NCBI GenBank assembly: GCA_038231275.1
Contig: JBBRLQ010000018.1
Span: 1-64,000, forward strand
Length of the DNA: 64,000 bases
From: Polyangiales bacterium
GTDB taxonomy: Bacteria; Myxococcota_A; Polyangia; Polyangiales; Polyangiaceae
Direction: 5' to 3'
The translations under genes and the position numbers were made by a program. Positions 19,308 through 29,847 of this stretch are shown one piece after another; within the stretch, counting starts at the first letter, position 1; each line of letters begins with the position of its first letter. The notes beneath the pieces were generated by a model that ran no database searches, was not told the origin of the DNA, and saw only the letters and a program-made list of their open reading frames with translations.

Positions 19308-21052
19308 GCAAAGTGGCGGAGCCCACATGGCGCGATCGGCTGCGTCTCGGCAAAGAGGTCGGCCCCGGCGATCACCTCGTCGGCGCGAGCCTCGGCGCGG
19401 TCTACGTCGCGTGGCTCCTCGCCACCGCGCGCGAGCTAGGCTTCGCGCGCGACGAGGGCTTCTATTTCCGCGCGGCGACCGACTACGCGCGCTGGTTCAA
19501 GCTCCTCTTCGAGCGCCCGCAGATCGCGATCGAGCAGTCGAGCATCGATCCGATCTGGCAAGTGAACAGCGAGCACCCCGCGCTCATGAAGAGCCTGTTC
19601 GCGCTGTCGTGGATGTTCCTCCACGAAAAGTGGAAGGTCTTCGACGACGCGAGCACCGCCTTCCGTTTCCCCGGAATGGTGATGGCTGGCCTCGCGATCT
19701 GGCTCGTCTACATTTGGGGCGCCCGCGTCTTCTCGCGGCGCGCGGGCGTCTTCGCGGCGTTCGGCCTCGCGCTGATGCCGGGCACATTTTACCACGCGCA
19801 CCTCGCGTGCTTCGACGTCGGCATCATGACGATGTGGGCGGCCTGCATCTACGTCTACTGGCGCGCCGAGCAGAAGGGAGGGCTCGCGTGGGCCATCCTC
19901 GCGGGCGTGATGTACGGCCTCACGCTCGAGACGAAGCACAACGCGTGGGTGCTCCCTGCGGTCTTCGTCGTCCACGCGCTCGTCCTCCACGGCAAGCGCA
20001 TCGCGCGATCGTCACGCGTCGGCATGATCCCGATCCCGACGAGCCTCCTCGCCATGGCGACGATCGGCCCGGCGGTGTTCGTCCTCTTGTGGCCGTGGCT
20101 CTGGAACGACACGCTCCCGCGCGTGCAGGGGTGGTTCCGGTTCCACTTGAACCACGAGTACTACAACATGGAATTTCTCCATGTGAACTACTGGAAGGCG
20201 CCGTCGCCGCCGGCGTACATGCCGGTGATGATCGTGGCCACGGTGCCGGCGGTCACGCTCGTCCTCTTCTTCGCGGGCCTCGGCGAGCGCGCGAAGATCG
20301 CGTGGCTGCGTGTTCGCGCGCTGCTGGCGCACGCGCCGTTCCTCGCGTCGCAGCTCCGCGTGTCGAAGGGGGACGGGCCGAAGGATCGCTACGAGACCGA
20401 TCTCCTCCTCTTCCTCGGGCTCACGGTGCCGCTCTCGCTGTTCCTCCTCCCGAAGACGCCGATCTTCGGCGGGACGAAGCACTGGATGCCGGCGTATCCG
20501 TTCCTCGTGCTCTTCGCGGGGCGCGGCTTCGATCTCGTGTGCACGGCGATGCACCGCGCGCTGGCGCCGCGTTTGATCGACGCACGCGCACGCTTCATGG
20601 CGACCGCGGCGCTCCTCGCCAGCGTGACGCTCGGCTCGCTCCTCATCACGTCGCACTCGCACCCGTACGGCCTCTCGAGCTATGTCCCGATCGTCGGCGG
20701 CACCGCGGGAGGCGCAGATCTCGGCCTGAATCGCCAGTTCTGGGGCTTCACGACGCAGAGCCTCGCCGACTACTTCGCCAAGAACGCGTGGCAAGGCGCG
20801 ACCGTCTTCATCCACGACACGGCGTGGGACAGCTGGTCACGCATGCTCGACGAGAAGCGAATTCGCTCCGACTTGCGGGGCGTCGGCTCGCCGTCGGAGG
20901 CCGATTTCTCGATCGTGCACCACGAGCTGCACATGAACGAGACGGACTACAACGCGTGGGTCCACTACGGCCACGTCGCGCCGGATTTCGTCCTCACGCA
21001 CGACGGTGTGCCGATCATCAGCGTGTACCGGCGCTCGAAGCCCAAGCCGTAG
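19304..21052 (+). CDS. Glycosyltransferase family 39/ArnT-like (PMT_2)
   Basis: GFARDEGFY, NSEHPALMK, AFRFPG, multiple TM segments. Confidence 0.85.
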   Translation: MSKVAEPTWRDRLRLGKEVGPGDHLVGASLGAVYVAWLLATARELGFARDEGFYFRAATDYARWFKLLFERPQIAIEQSSIDPIWQVNSEHPALMKSLFALSWMFLHEKWKVFDDASTAFRFPGMVMAGLAIWLVYIWGARVFSRRAGVFAAFGLALMPGTFYHAHLACFDVGIMTMWAACIYVYWRAEQKGGLAWAILAGVMYGLTLETKHNAWVLPAVFVVHALVLHGKRIARSSRVGMIPIPTSLLAMATIGPAVFVLLWPWLWNDTLPRVQGWFRFHLNHEYYNMEFLHVNYWKAPSPPAYMPVMIVATVPAVTLVLFFAGLGERAKIAWLRVRALLAHAPFLASQLRVSKGDGPKDRYETDLLLFLGLTVPLSLFLLPKTPIFGGTKHWMPAYPFLVLFAGRGFDLVCTAMHRALAPRLIDARARFMATAALLASVTLGSLLITSHSHPYGLSSYVPIVGGTAGGADLGLNRQFWGFTTQSLADYFAKNAWQGATVFIHDTAWDSWSRMLDEKRIRSDLRGVGSPSEADFSIVHHELHMNETDYNAWVHYGHVAPDFVLTHDGVPIISVYRRSKPKP

Positions 21053-21757
21053 TCAAATCCCGGCGCCGCGGAGGACCTCGTCGGCCTTGTCGACGGTGTT
21101 GTAGAGCCCGCGCGCGTACATGCGGCGGCGCGTCGGGGGGTCGAGGTCGCCTTCGCGGCCTTCGGTCGCGGCGGACAACAGGATGGCGGCGGTGACGCTG
21201 ACGTTGAGGCTCTCGATGAAGCCGCGCATCGGGACACGAACGCTGCGCGAGCACGCGCGCGCGAGATCGTCGGTGATGCCGTCGCGCTCGTTGCCGAGGA
21301 CGAGCGCGAGGCGCGGGATCGTCGCGAGGTCTTTGGGGAGCAGCTCGCCGTCGGGGTGCGTCGACACGAGCTCGAGACCTAGCCTGCGCGCGTCGGCGAC
21401 GGCTTCCTCGGCGCGCGCGTGGCAAATCACGTCGACCCACCGCTGCGAGCCCTTCGCCACGCTCGCCGCCGCCAGAAAATGCTCGGTGCGCTCGATCACG
21501 TGCACGTACTGGACGCCAAACGCCTCGCACGAGCGGAGGACGGCGGCGCCGTTGTGCGGATCATGAGGCGCGTCGAAGAGGACCGACACGCTCTCGAGGC
21601 GCTTGCCGATGACCTCCTGGAGGCGCTCGCGCCGGCGCTCGAGGACGAGCGGCTCGAGCAACCCGATGACGCGCTCGGCGTCCTCCGCCTCGGCGCGCGC
21701 GATGGTCGCCTCGAGCATTTCCCGAGCGGTCAGCACGCCTGGGGTACGACGTCTCAT
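21053..21757 (-). CDS. trmH: TrmH/SpoU family RNA 2'-O-methyltransferase
   Basis: DPHNGAAVLRSCEAFG, LGNERDGI, VPMRGFIESLNVSV. Confidence 0.9.
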   Translation of the reverse strand: MRRRTPGVLTAREMLEATIARAEAEDAERVIGLLEPLVLERRRERLQEVIGKRLESVSVLFDAPHDPHNGAAVLRSCEAFGVQYVHVIERTEHFLAAASVAKGSQRWVDVICHARAEEAVADARRLGLELVSTHPDGELLPKDLATIPRLALVLGNERDGITDDLARACSRSVRVPMRGFIESLNVSVTAAILLSAATEGREGDLDPPTRRRMYARGLYNTVDKADEVLRGAGI

Positions 21758-21898
21758 GCGCGCCAGCTTCTATAAGCCAAATTGCCCCAGAAATGGGCGC
21801 ATTTAGGCACCGCGGGGTAGCATTCCGGACCGGGGACGTGCGTCCAACGATCGACCTCCCTGCGTGTTTCGCGCCGTTTCTTGCATCCGCTCGTCCCA

Positions 21899-24800
21899 AT
21901 GAACCTCGACCGCAAGAGCACCTCCCTCCCGCCGCCGCCGCGCCGCTCGCGCGGTCGCGATTGGGGACGCGTGCTCGCGCGGGTGCTCTGCATCGTCTTC
22001 GCGATCGTCGGCCTGGTCCCGATGGGGCTGACGGTCATCGTCCGATCCGATCGCGCGCAGCGCTGGGCCGCCCGCGAGACCGAGCGAATCCTCCGCGAGC
22101 AAGGGGTCGACGCGAGTTACATGGTCGCGTTGCGGCTGTGGCCGCTCGTCGTGGAGCTGCGCGACGTCGAGATCGCCTCGACCGACGGCGGTGGACCGGC
22201 GCTCGTGTGTGCGCGCGTCGCTGCGCAGCCGAGGTTCTTCGCGCTCTTCAGCGGCAAGCTCGTCGTCCAGCAGATCGAGGCCGACACGCCGCACGCGCGC
22301 ATCGTCATGCGGCAAGGGCAGCTCGCGAACCTCGACGTCAAGCTGAAGAAGAACGAGAAGAAGGGCCCGCTCCGCGTTCCTTTCGGCGTCCTGGCCGTCA
22401 CCGACGCGGATCTCGATCTCGACATCGACGGCACGAAGATCCAAGCGCACGAGGTCGACGCCGACGTGACCGTGGAGGACGATCGCGAGCGCGGCTCGTC
22501 GTTCGAGGTGTCGCTGCGCGCCGCCAACGCCGCGCTCCACAGCTCACGCCTCACGTACCCCGCTGGGGATACGAAGCCGCCCGTGCTCGCCGTCGACGAC
22601 GACGCGCTGTGCGGCGTGGACGCGCGTGTCCGCATCGAGCCCGGCACGATCCTGGTGCGTCGCCTCGAGGCCGAAGGCTCGGCCGATCTCGACATCGCGC
22701 CGGCCTCGCTCCCGCACTGCGGCCTCCCCGCGACCGACAAGCGGCGCGTCGAGATCTCTCTCGCGCACCTGCGTGTGAGGTTGCCGGAAAAGGACGGCGA
22801 GCTCCCGCGCGTCGACGGCCGCGTGAAGGTGCGCATCCCGGTCGGCCTCGCCGAGCGCTTCGCGTCGCTGCCGGAGACCGACGGGTGGATCAAGCTCGAC
22901 GGCGACGTGCGCTACGGCGCCGACACCATCCTCCCCGACGTCAGCGCGCACTTCGAGGCGCACGAGATCCGCCTCGATCACTACAATTTCGCGCACGAGA
23001 TCCAGTCCGAAATAACCATCCGCCGGAACGTCGTCACGACGCCGAGCCTGGTGATTCGCATCGCCGACGGCGTCGTGACGATCTCGGACGTGACCGTCGA
23101 GCCGCTCCAAAAGGGCGTCCCGCTCAAGGCGCGCGTCGAGGTCCGCGACGTGAACTTCACGACGCTGCTCTATGATCTCGGCGTCGCCAAGCACTCGCAC
23201 GTCGCGTGGGACATCAAAGAAGTCCACATGCCCATCGTCAAGGGCACGCTGGTCCCGCTGAAGCTCGACGGCGACTTCACCGCGCACACGCCCAACTTCA
23301 TGGTCGCCGACGCGCCGATCCTGAGCCCCCACAATCGCATCGTCGGCGTGAAGGACGCGAACGTGCAGGCGCACCTCGCCGTCCGTCCCGAGGCCGTGGA
23401 GTTTCAGAACGCGACGGTCATCACGGCGGGGAGCAAGATCACCGGCGGCCTCGTGTCGCTCCACTACAACAACGACCTGAAGATCCTCGTCCCCGGCGGT
23501 TCGATCGATCTCCAAGATCTCGGGCCGCTCGGATCGATCCCTATCGCGGGCATCGCCGAGGTCGACGTGAAGGTCGGCGGCACGTTCGGCGATCCACGAC
23601 TCGAGGGGGACACGTCGATCCAGAATTTCGTCCTCGGGGACATTCCGTTCGGCAACGTGACCGCGGCGCACGTCAAGCTCACGGGCCTCGTCGTGGATCT
23701 ATCGGGCGCGAAGGCCGTCAAGGGCAAGAGCACCTACGAGATGCCGACCGCGCGGCTCGATTTCGCGCATCACGACGGCCTTCACATGGACGGCATCGCG
23801 ACGGCCACGGCGCTGGGAGTCCGGGATTTCCTGGCGATCTGGAAGATGGAGGACGATCCGCGCTTCGCCGAGATCGACGGATCCATCGCGACGAACGCGA
23901 GCCTGCACATCGCGCTCGGCGGGCCGGAGGACGTATGCGGTCTAGGCTTCATCGACGTGCGCGCGACCGCCCACGTGCGCGACGTGAAGCTCTATGGGGA
24001 GACCTTCGAGGACGGCGATCTCGACCTCGAATACAAGTGGAGCGATCGCGGCGCCGGGCTCGAAGGGGCCGACGTCGACATCCGGGCCGTCACCCTCCAC
24101 AAGGCGCATCCCAAAGGCGGAGCGCCGATCGGATCGCTGCTCGGCTCCGGCACCATTCAGCGCGGCGGCGACGTGCACGGCAGCGTCGTCATCGAGGCGC
24201 TCCCGCTGTCACGCATCGACCAGCTCGGCCCCATTCGCCGGCAGATCGAGGGCTCGGCGTCGGGCATCGCGCAGATCAGCGGCAAGCTCGACGCGTTCAC
24301 GCTCAGCACCGACGTCGACGTCACGCCGATTCGCGTGCGAGGGGCGGCGCTCGGCTCGTCGCACCTGCGCGTGACGATGACGCAGAAGCCGCCGGAGGAA
24401 AAACCGGTCGGCCGGACGCGCTGCGGCGGGCGCATCATGCCGGCCTTCAACAAGGAGGCGTTCCTCCGCGACACGTCGTCGCAAGGGACCATCGCGGTCG
24501 ACGGCGAGCTCTTCGGCGGTCAGCTCACGCTGGAGCGCTTCACGATGACGCGCGAGAAGGCGGCGCTCGTGACCGGCCGCGCGCTGCTCCGCAAGCTCGA
24601 TCTCGGCGCGGTCGTGAAGATCCAATCGGAGCCCGATCCGAAGGCGAAGGAGCAAGGGACCGCGCCGCCTCCGGTCACCGGGGAGCTCTCCGGAGATCTC
24701 ACGCTCACGCGCCTCAAGATGGACGATCTCGCGAGCACGCGCGCGCGCTTCGCGCCGCAGGCGATGACGCTCGAGCGCGGCGGGCAGCGGCTGGTGCTGC

Positions 24801-26383
24801 GTCCGGCGCCCGTGAATTTCGTCGTCGAGGCCGATCGCCTAATCGTGCCGCCGCTCGTCTTCGACGTGAACGCCAACAACGGGCTCAAGGGCTCGTTCAT
24901 CGTGCGCGGCGGCGTCGACCGCCTGACGCGCGGCGCGGCGCTCAACCTGACCGCGGAGCTCTTGCCCGTCGATCTCGGCTTCATGGTCGGCGTCGTGCCG
25001 AAGGTCGAGCGCGCGACCGGCACGTTGAAGGGCCGCGTGAAGCTCGGAGGAACGGCGGCGGCTCCGGTGCTCGACGGCGAGGTCAAGGTCGAAGGCGGCG
25101 AGCTCGCGGTGCACGGTCTTCCCGGCGTCATCTCGGAGATCGACGTCGACGTGCGCGCCGACGTGAACGAGATCCGCATCTCGCACGCGAGCGCGCGGTT
25201 CCTCGGCGGGACCGTCACCGTCACCGACGGACGCGTTCCGCTCAAAGAGATGGCGTTCGGCGCCGCCGACGCGCAGATCGCCGCGCGCGGCATCCGCTAT
25301 TCGCCCGCCGACGGCGTCGCGACGTCGCTCGACGCCGATCTGGTGGTCTCCTACAACGCGCAGGCCACCGGCGGCGCCGGCGCGCGCCTCCCCCACGTCA
25401 CCGGCGACGTCCTCCTCACCTCGTTCGAGTACACGCGGCCCATCAACCTGCTCACCGATCTCGGCGGGTTCAGGGTCGGCGGCGCGCGCCGCACGGTCGT
25501 CGAGTCGTACGATCCGTCGCAGGACGCGGTCGCCTTCGACGTGCGCGTTCGTTCGCGGCAGCCGCTCAAGATCAAGAACAACCTCGTCGACGCGCAGCTC
25601 GCGATCGACTCGGGCGTCCTCACCGTGGCCGGCACGAACCAGCGCATGGGCCTGCACGGCAACTTGAAGGCGGTGCCGGGCGGTCGCTTCCGCTTCCTCG
25701 CCAACGAGTTCGAGGTACGTCAGGCGTACATCGGCTTCGACGATCCGACGCGCATCGCCCCCAACGTCGACATCACCGCCGTCACCGAGTACCGCCGCTA
25801 CACCGACACGAGCGCGGGCGCGGCGGCCGGCGCGGGCACGAGCGACGTCGGCGCGGCAGGCGGCACGGGGGGCGGACGCGTCGGAGGCCTATGGCGCATC
25901 CAGCTCCACGCGTTCGGCGACGCCGACAACGTTCGCCTCGAGCTCACCAGCGATCCGGCCCTCTCCGACGAGGACATCAAGCTCCTCCTCACGCTCGGCA
26001 TGACGCGCTCGGAGATCGATCAGGTCGGCGCCGCCGGCGTCGGCACGAGCGTCGCGTTTCAGGCCGTCGGTGCGGCGACCGGCGCCGATCGCGCAGTAAA
26101 AGCTGCCATTCCGGTGATCGACGACTTCCGCTTCGGCAGCGCGTACTCGTCGCGAACCGGTCGCACCGAGCCGCAGGTCACCGTCGGCCGGCGCATCACC
26201 GACAACGTCCGCGCCAGCGTCACCACCGGCCTCACCGAGGATCGCGAGCTCCGCTCCAACATCGAGTGGCGACTCAGCCAGAAGCTGAGCGTTCAGAGCA
26301 CGTACGACAACATCAATGACGTATCCTCCTCGGCCATCGGCAACGTAGGCGGTGGATTCCGGTGGAGGCTCGAATTTGAGTAG
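21899..26383 (+). CDS. tamB: Translocation and assembly module TamB
   Basis: ~1490 aa, N-terminal TM, beta-taco repeats, DUF490-like C-terminus (LTSDPALSDEDI...WRLEFE). Confidence 0.9.
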   Translation: MNLDRKSTSLPPPPRRSRGRDWGRVLARVLCIVFAIVGLVPMGLTVIVRSDRAQRWAARETERILREQGVDASYMVALRLWPLVVELRDVEIASTDGGGPALVCARVAAQPRFFALFSGKLVVQQIEADTPHARIVMRQGQLANLDVKLKKNEKKGPLRVPFGVLAVTDADLDLDIDGTKIQAHEVDADVTVEDDRERGSSFEVSLRAANAALHSSRLTYPAGDTKPPVLAVDDDALCGVDARVRIEPGTILVRRLEAEGSADLDIAPASLPHCGLPATDKRRVEISLAHLRVRLPEKDGELPRVDGRVKVRIPVGLAERFASLPETDGWIKLDGDVRYGADTILPDVSAHFEAHEIRLDHYNFAHEIQSEITIRRNVVTTPSLVIRIADGVVTISDVTVEPLQKGVPLKARVEVRDVNFTTLLYDLGVAKHSHVAWDIKEVHMPIVKGTLVPLKLDGDFTAHTPNFMVADAPILSPHNRIVGVKDANVQAHLAVRPEAVEFQNATVITAGSKITGGLVSLHYNNDLKILVPGGSIDLQDLGPLGSIPIAGIAEVDVKVGGTFGDPRLEGDTSIQNFVLGDIPFGNVTAAHVKLTGLVVDLSGAKAVKGKSTYEMPTARLDFAHHDGLHMDGIATATALGVRDFLAIWKMEDDPRFAEIDGSIATNASLHIALGGPEDVCGLGFIDVRATAHVRDVKLYGETFEDGDLDLEYKWSDRGAGLEGADVDIRAVTLHKAHPKGGAPIGSLLGSGTIQRGGDVHGSVVIEALPLSRIDQLGPIRRQIEGSASGIAQISGKLDAFTLSTDVDVTPIRVRGAALGSSHLRVTMTQKPPEEKPVGRTRCGGRIMPAFNKEAFLRDTSSQGTIAVDGELFGGQLTLERFTMTREKAALVTGRALLRKLDLGAVVKIQSEPDPKAKEQGTAPPPVTGELSGDLTLTRLKMDDLASTRARFAPQAMTLERGGQRLVLRPAPVNFVVEADRLIVPPLVFDVNANNGLKGSFIVRGGVDRLTRGAALNLTAELLPVDLGFMVGVVPKVERATGTLKGRVKLGGTAAAPVLDGEVKVEGGELAVHGLPGVISEIDVDVRADVNEIRISHASARFLGGTVTVTDGRVPLKEMAFGAADAQIAARGIRYSPADGVATSLDADLVVSYNAQATGGAGARLPHVTGDVLLTSFEYTRPINLLTDLGGFRVGGARRTVVESYDPSQDAVAFDVRVRSRQPLKIKNNLVDAQLAIDSGVLTVAGTNQRMGLHGNLKAVPGGRFRFLANEFEVRQAYIGFDDPTRIAPNVDITAVTEYRRYTDTSAGAAAGAGTSDVGAAGGTGGGRVGGLWRIQLHAFGDADNVRLELTSDPALSDEDIKLLLTLGMTRSEIDQVGAAGVGTSVAFQAVGAATGADRAVKAAIPVIDDFRFGSAYSSRTGRTEPQVTVGRRITDNVRASVTTGLTEDRELRSNIEWRLSQKLSVQSTYDNINDVSSSAIGNVGGGFRWRLEFE

Positions 26384-29300
26384 GTCGCTCGCGTCGCTCC
26401 TGGCGTTCTTCGCGCTCTTCGGCGCGACGCTGGGCGTGGCGCTCGCTCAGCCGCCGGACACCGGCCTCGCTCCTCCCGCCGACGTCGCGCGGTTCGATGG
26501 GCGCCCGGTGGTGCGGGTCGAGGTCCTCCTCGACGACGACACGTGGCCCGACGTGCGCGGCCCCGTCGTCTCGTCGGTGAAGGCGGCGGAGCCGTTCTCG
26601 GCCAGCGTGGCGCGGAGAGCGCTCGCCGAGGTGATGGCGACCGGGAACTTTGCGCGCGGACGCGTCGCGGTCCTGGACGACGGCGCAGGGGTTCGCCTCG
26701 CGGTCCACGTCGTCGCGCGCAAGATCATCGAGACGCTCACCGTCGACACCCACGGCGCCGGCGTCGACAAGGACGAGATCTCCCGCGAGGCCGAGCTCGC
26801 AGAAGGCGGAGAGATCCTCGGCGTCACCTTGGCCGAGCAGCGCGCCAAGATCGCGGCGATTTTCGTCAAGCACGGCTACACGCGCCCCGAGGTGTCCATC
26901 ACCACGCGCGCGACCGAGGATCGCCAGCGCGTGCAGGTGCTCGTCGACGTCCAGCCCGGCGTCCCGCGCCTGATCGCGAAGCGTGTATTTTACATCACCG
27001 ACGTCGAGACGAAGAACCTCGAGCAGGTCGCCTCGAGCGAGTACGCGGTGCCCCGCAACGATCGCGCGGACGAGGCGACCCTCGACGCCGCCGACACCAA
27101 GCTGGAGACCTCCCTCCGCGCACGCGGGTACCACCGCGCCGACGTCTCGCACGACGTGATCCTGTGGCAGGGCCAGGTCACCCTCCGCGTTCGCGTCGAG
27201 ACGGGGCCGCTCTTCCAGGCGCGCTTCGAGGGCAACGAGCGCTACGACGGCAGCGCGCTCGCGGGGGCGCTCGACCTGGAAAATGAGCCCGATCGCAGCG
27301 CGTCGCACCTCGTCCAGAAGCTGAAGGAGTTCTACGTGCGCCGCGGTTACCTCGACGTCGAGATCACCGCCGAGGCGCGCGGAGGCGCCGCCGATCGCGT
27401 CCATCAGCTCGTCTTCAAGATCTTCGAGCACCGCCGCGTGCTCGTCGGAACGCGCAGCTACCCGTGCCTCAAAGAGGACGACGTCCGCAAGCTCAGCGAG
27501 GGCGGGCCGCGCTCCGCGTCCGGCATCGGAAACGAGATCGACAGCTACCTGGAGGACGAGCTCCCCGGCGCCGATCTGGTGAAGAACCCGGACCCGCGTG
27601 CCCTCGATCGGACGATCGGCCCCGCCGCCGGCGATCTGGCGACCGACGCGCGCACGGTGCCGGTCGATCTCGAGCCGAACGCGACCTTCGTGCCCGACAT
27701 CTACGAGCGCGCGCTCGCGCACGTGCAGGAGCTCTATCGCAACGAAGGTTTTTTGCACGCGCAGGTGGGGCCCGTTCAGATCGTGCGCCGCAGGTGCAGC
27801 GCGAAGTCACCGGCGGGACGCTGCATCCCCGAGCCGCCGCGCGCCACGCCGTCCGACGTGTGCACCTACGACGCGAGCAACCTCCCCCTGCCCGTTGGCC
27901 GCCTCGATCCCGAGCTGAGCTGCACGCCCGATCCGCTGCGCGGCGTGGAGTGCGAGCCGCGCCTCGAGCTACGGATCCCCGTGAAGCTCGGACCGCGGAC
28001 CACGCTCTACGACGTAGCGTTCACCGGCGCGCGCGCCTTCAGTGAGCAGCGCCTCGCGGACGCCGCGAAGGCGGGCCTCGGCGATCCGGTCAACACCCTG
28101 CGCCTCGACGACGCGCGGCGCCGCATCCTCGATCTCTACAAAGAGGAGGGCTACGCCTACGTCGACGTCAAGTATGCGCTCGAGCCGTCCATCGACAACA
28201 CGCGCGCGCGCGTCCGCTTCGAGATCCTCGAAGGCGTACAGGTCATCGTCCGCGACATCGTCGTCGTCGGGAACCGGATCACGCACTCCCGGATCATCCT
28301 GCGCCGCGCCGCGCTCGCGATCGGCCAGCCGTACCGCACGAGCGACGTCCGCAAGACCCAGGAGCGCGTCGCGACGCTCAACGTCTTCACGAGCGTCGCC
28401 GTCGATCTCGCCGAGCCGTACGTGCCCCAGAAATTCAAGACGGTCCTCATCACGGTGAACGAGCGCCTGCCCCAGGCCATCGAGCAGCAAGGAGGCTTCA
28501 CGACCGGCGAGGGCATCTACTACGGCTTCGAGTACGCGCACCGGAACATCTTCGGCGACGCGATCGCCTTCACGCTGCGCGGGCGTCTCTCGTACCTGCC
28601 GACGCCGCTCATCCTCGATCCGCAGGTCAGCGCGAACTGGAAGTCGCTAGACGTGGAGCAGCGCATCGCCGCGCGTCTCACCGCGAGCGTCGCGCTTCCC
28701 GAGATCGGCCTGGGGCCCCTCGTCCGCACGCAGATCGACGCCGTGTACATTCACGACCTGCAGCGCGACTTCTACATCACGAAGATCGCCGTCATCCCGA
28801 GCTTGCAGTACAGGCCGGTTCGGCAACTACTCTTCACCATCAGCCAGAGCGCTGAGGACAATACGATCCGTCTCTTCCAGTTCAGCACGACGACGGACTA
28901 TCTCAACAAGGTGGCGCAACAGTCCAGCAACGGGCTCGTGCCGGTCGACGTCGTCAAGTACCTGCTCTTTCCGGACGGCGCGAGCGTGGCGTTCGCGCAG
29001 CGCTTCATCGTCGCCTGGGATCGCCGCGACAACTCGTTCAACGCGTCGCGTGGGACGTACTTCGTGAGCGGCCTCGAGCACGTCGACTCGTTCCCCATCT
29101 TCAAGAAGACCGACAACGTCACGACGTTCGAGGGGCACTTCCTGCGTTTCACGGAGACGATCGCCGGCTACATCCCGCTGCCGCGCGGAATGCGCATCGC
29201 CGCGGAGCTGCGCCTGGGAACGAACGTGCAGCTGACACCGACGTCGCAGACTTACCCTGATCGCTTCTTCTTCATGGGCGGCGTGGAGTCGATGCGCGGG

Positions 29301-29738
29301 TGGGCGCTGTCGTCGTTCGTGCCGCAGGACGACATCGATCAGATTGTGAGCGACTTCGGCAAGCCGGATTGTGTGAACGGCACCGCGCCCTCGGCGTGCG
29401 ACGCAGCGGGGGCGACGCCGAATCTGCAGAAGTTCACGCTCGCGAGCCAGCCGGTGCGCGGCGGCAACCTCATGGTGAACCCGCGCCTCGAGCTGCGCGT
29501 GCCGATCATTGGGCCGCTCGAGACCGCGCTGTTCACCGACATCGGCAACCTCTGGCGCCGCGCGTCGTATCCCCTCGATACGGGTAAAGTCCCGCTCCGC
29601 GCGTCGGTGGGCGCGGGCGTTCGCCTCCAGACCCCGGTCGGCCCGGTCGCCGTCGACTACGGCATCAACGTCACGCGCCACACCGTCTACGCGAACGAGG
29701 ACTTCGGCGCGCTGCACTTCGCGATCGGCCTGTTTTGA
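26376..29738 (+). CDS. tamA: Omp85 family TamA/BamA-like protein with multiple POTRA domains
   Basis: Signal peptide, POTRA motifs (RGY..A.V), FFMGGVESMRGW, GAGVRLQTPVGPVAVDYG, terminal F. Confidence 0.9.
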   Translation: MSRSLASLLAFFALFGATLGVALAQPPDTGLAPPADVARFDGRPVVRVEVLLDDDTWPDVRGPVVSSVKAAEPFSASVARRALAEVMATGNFARGRVAVLDDGAGVRLAVHVVARKIIETLTVDTHGAGVDKDEISREAELAEGGEILGVTLAEQRAKIAAIFVKHGYTRPEVSITTRATEDRQRVQVLVDVQPGVPRLIAKRVFYITDVETKNLEQVASSEYAVPRNDRADEATLDAADTKLETSLRARGYHRADVSHDVILWQGQVTLRVRVETGPLFQARFEGNERYDGSALAGALDLENEPDRSASHLVQKLKEFYVRRGYLDVEITAEARGGAADRVHQLVFKIFEHRRVLVGTRSYPCLKEDDVRKLSEGGPRSASGIGNEIDSYLEDELPGADLVKNPDPRALDRTIGPAAGDLATDARTVPVDLEPNATFVPDIYERALAHVQELYRNEGFLHAQVGPVQIVRRRCSAKSPAGRCIPEPPRATPSDVCTYDASNLPLPVGRLDPELSCTPDPLRGVECEPRLELRIPVKLGPRTTLYDVAFTGARAFSEQRLADAAKAGLGDPVNTLRLDDARRRILDLYKEEGYAYVDVKYALEPSIDNTRARVRFEILEGVQVIVRDIVVVGNRITHSRIILRRAALAIGQPYRTSDVRKTQERVATLNVFTSVAVDLAEPYVPQKFKTVLITVNERLPQAIEQQGGFTTGEGIYYGFEYAHRNIFGDAIAFTLRGRLSYLPTPLILDPQVSANWKSLDVEQRIAARLTASVALPEIGLGPLVRTQIDAVYIHDLQRDFYITKIAVIPSLQYRPVRQLLFTISQSAEDNTIRLFQFSTTTDYLNKVAQQSSNGLVPVDVVKYLLFPDGASVAFAQRFIVAWDRRDNSFNASRGTYFVSGLEHVDSFPIFKKTDNVTTFEGHFLRFTETIAGYIPLPRGMRIAAELRLGTNVQLTPTSQTYPDRFFFMGGVESMRGWALSSFVPQDDIDQIVSDFGKPDCVNGTAPSACDAAGATPNLQKFTLASQPVRGGNLMVNPRLELRVPIIGPLETALFTDIGNLWRRASYPLDTGKVPLRASVGAGVRLQTPVGPVAVDYGINVTRHTVYANEDFGALHFAIGLF

Positions 29739-29847
29739 GGCACCCCCGCCGCCGTTAGAATCGGCGCCGCGTGGAAGAGGCTGTCGACTCCTCCGGTGAT
29801 GCATGACCCCGTCAGTGCCCGCGCGTCCGCCGGCGCGCGGCCGGGCC

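Noticed and set aside
16821..19328. 835-aa and 827-aa ORFs overlapping the 18363 gene
   Set aside because: The extensions are shadow frames; the starts at 18311 and 19304 are better supported.
23206..26319. Very long alternative-frame and antisense ORFs (also 43555-45918, 57842-60508, 41766-43850)
   Set aside because: Arg/Ala-rich shadow ORFs of high-GC coding sequence overlapping well-supported genes.
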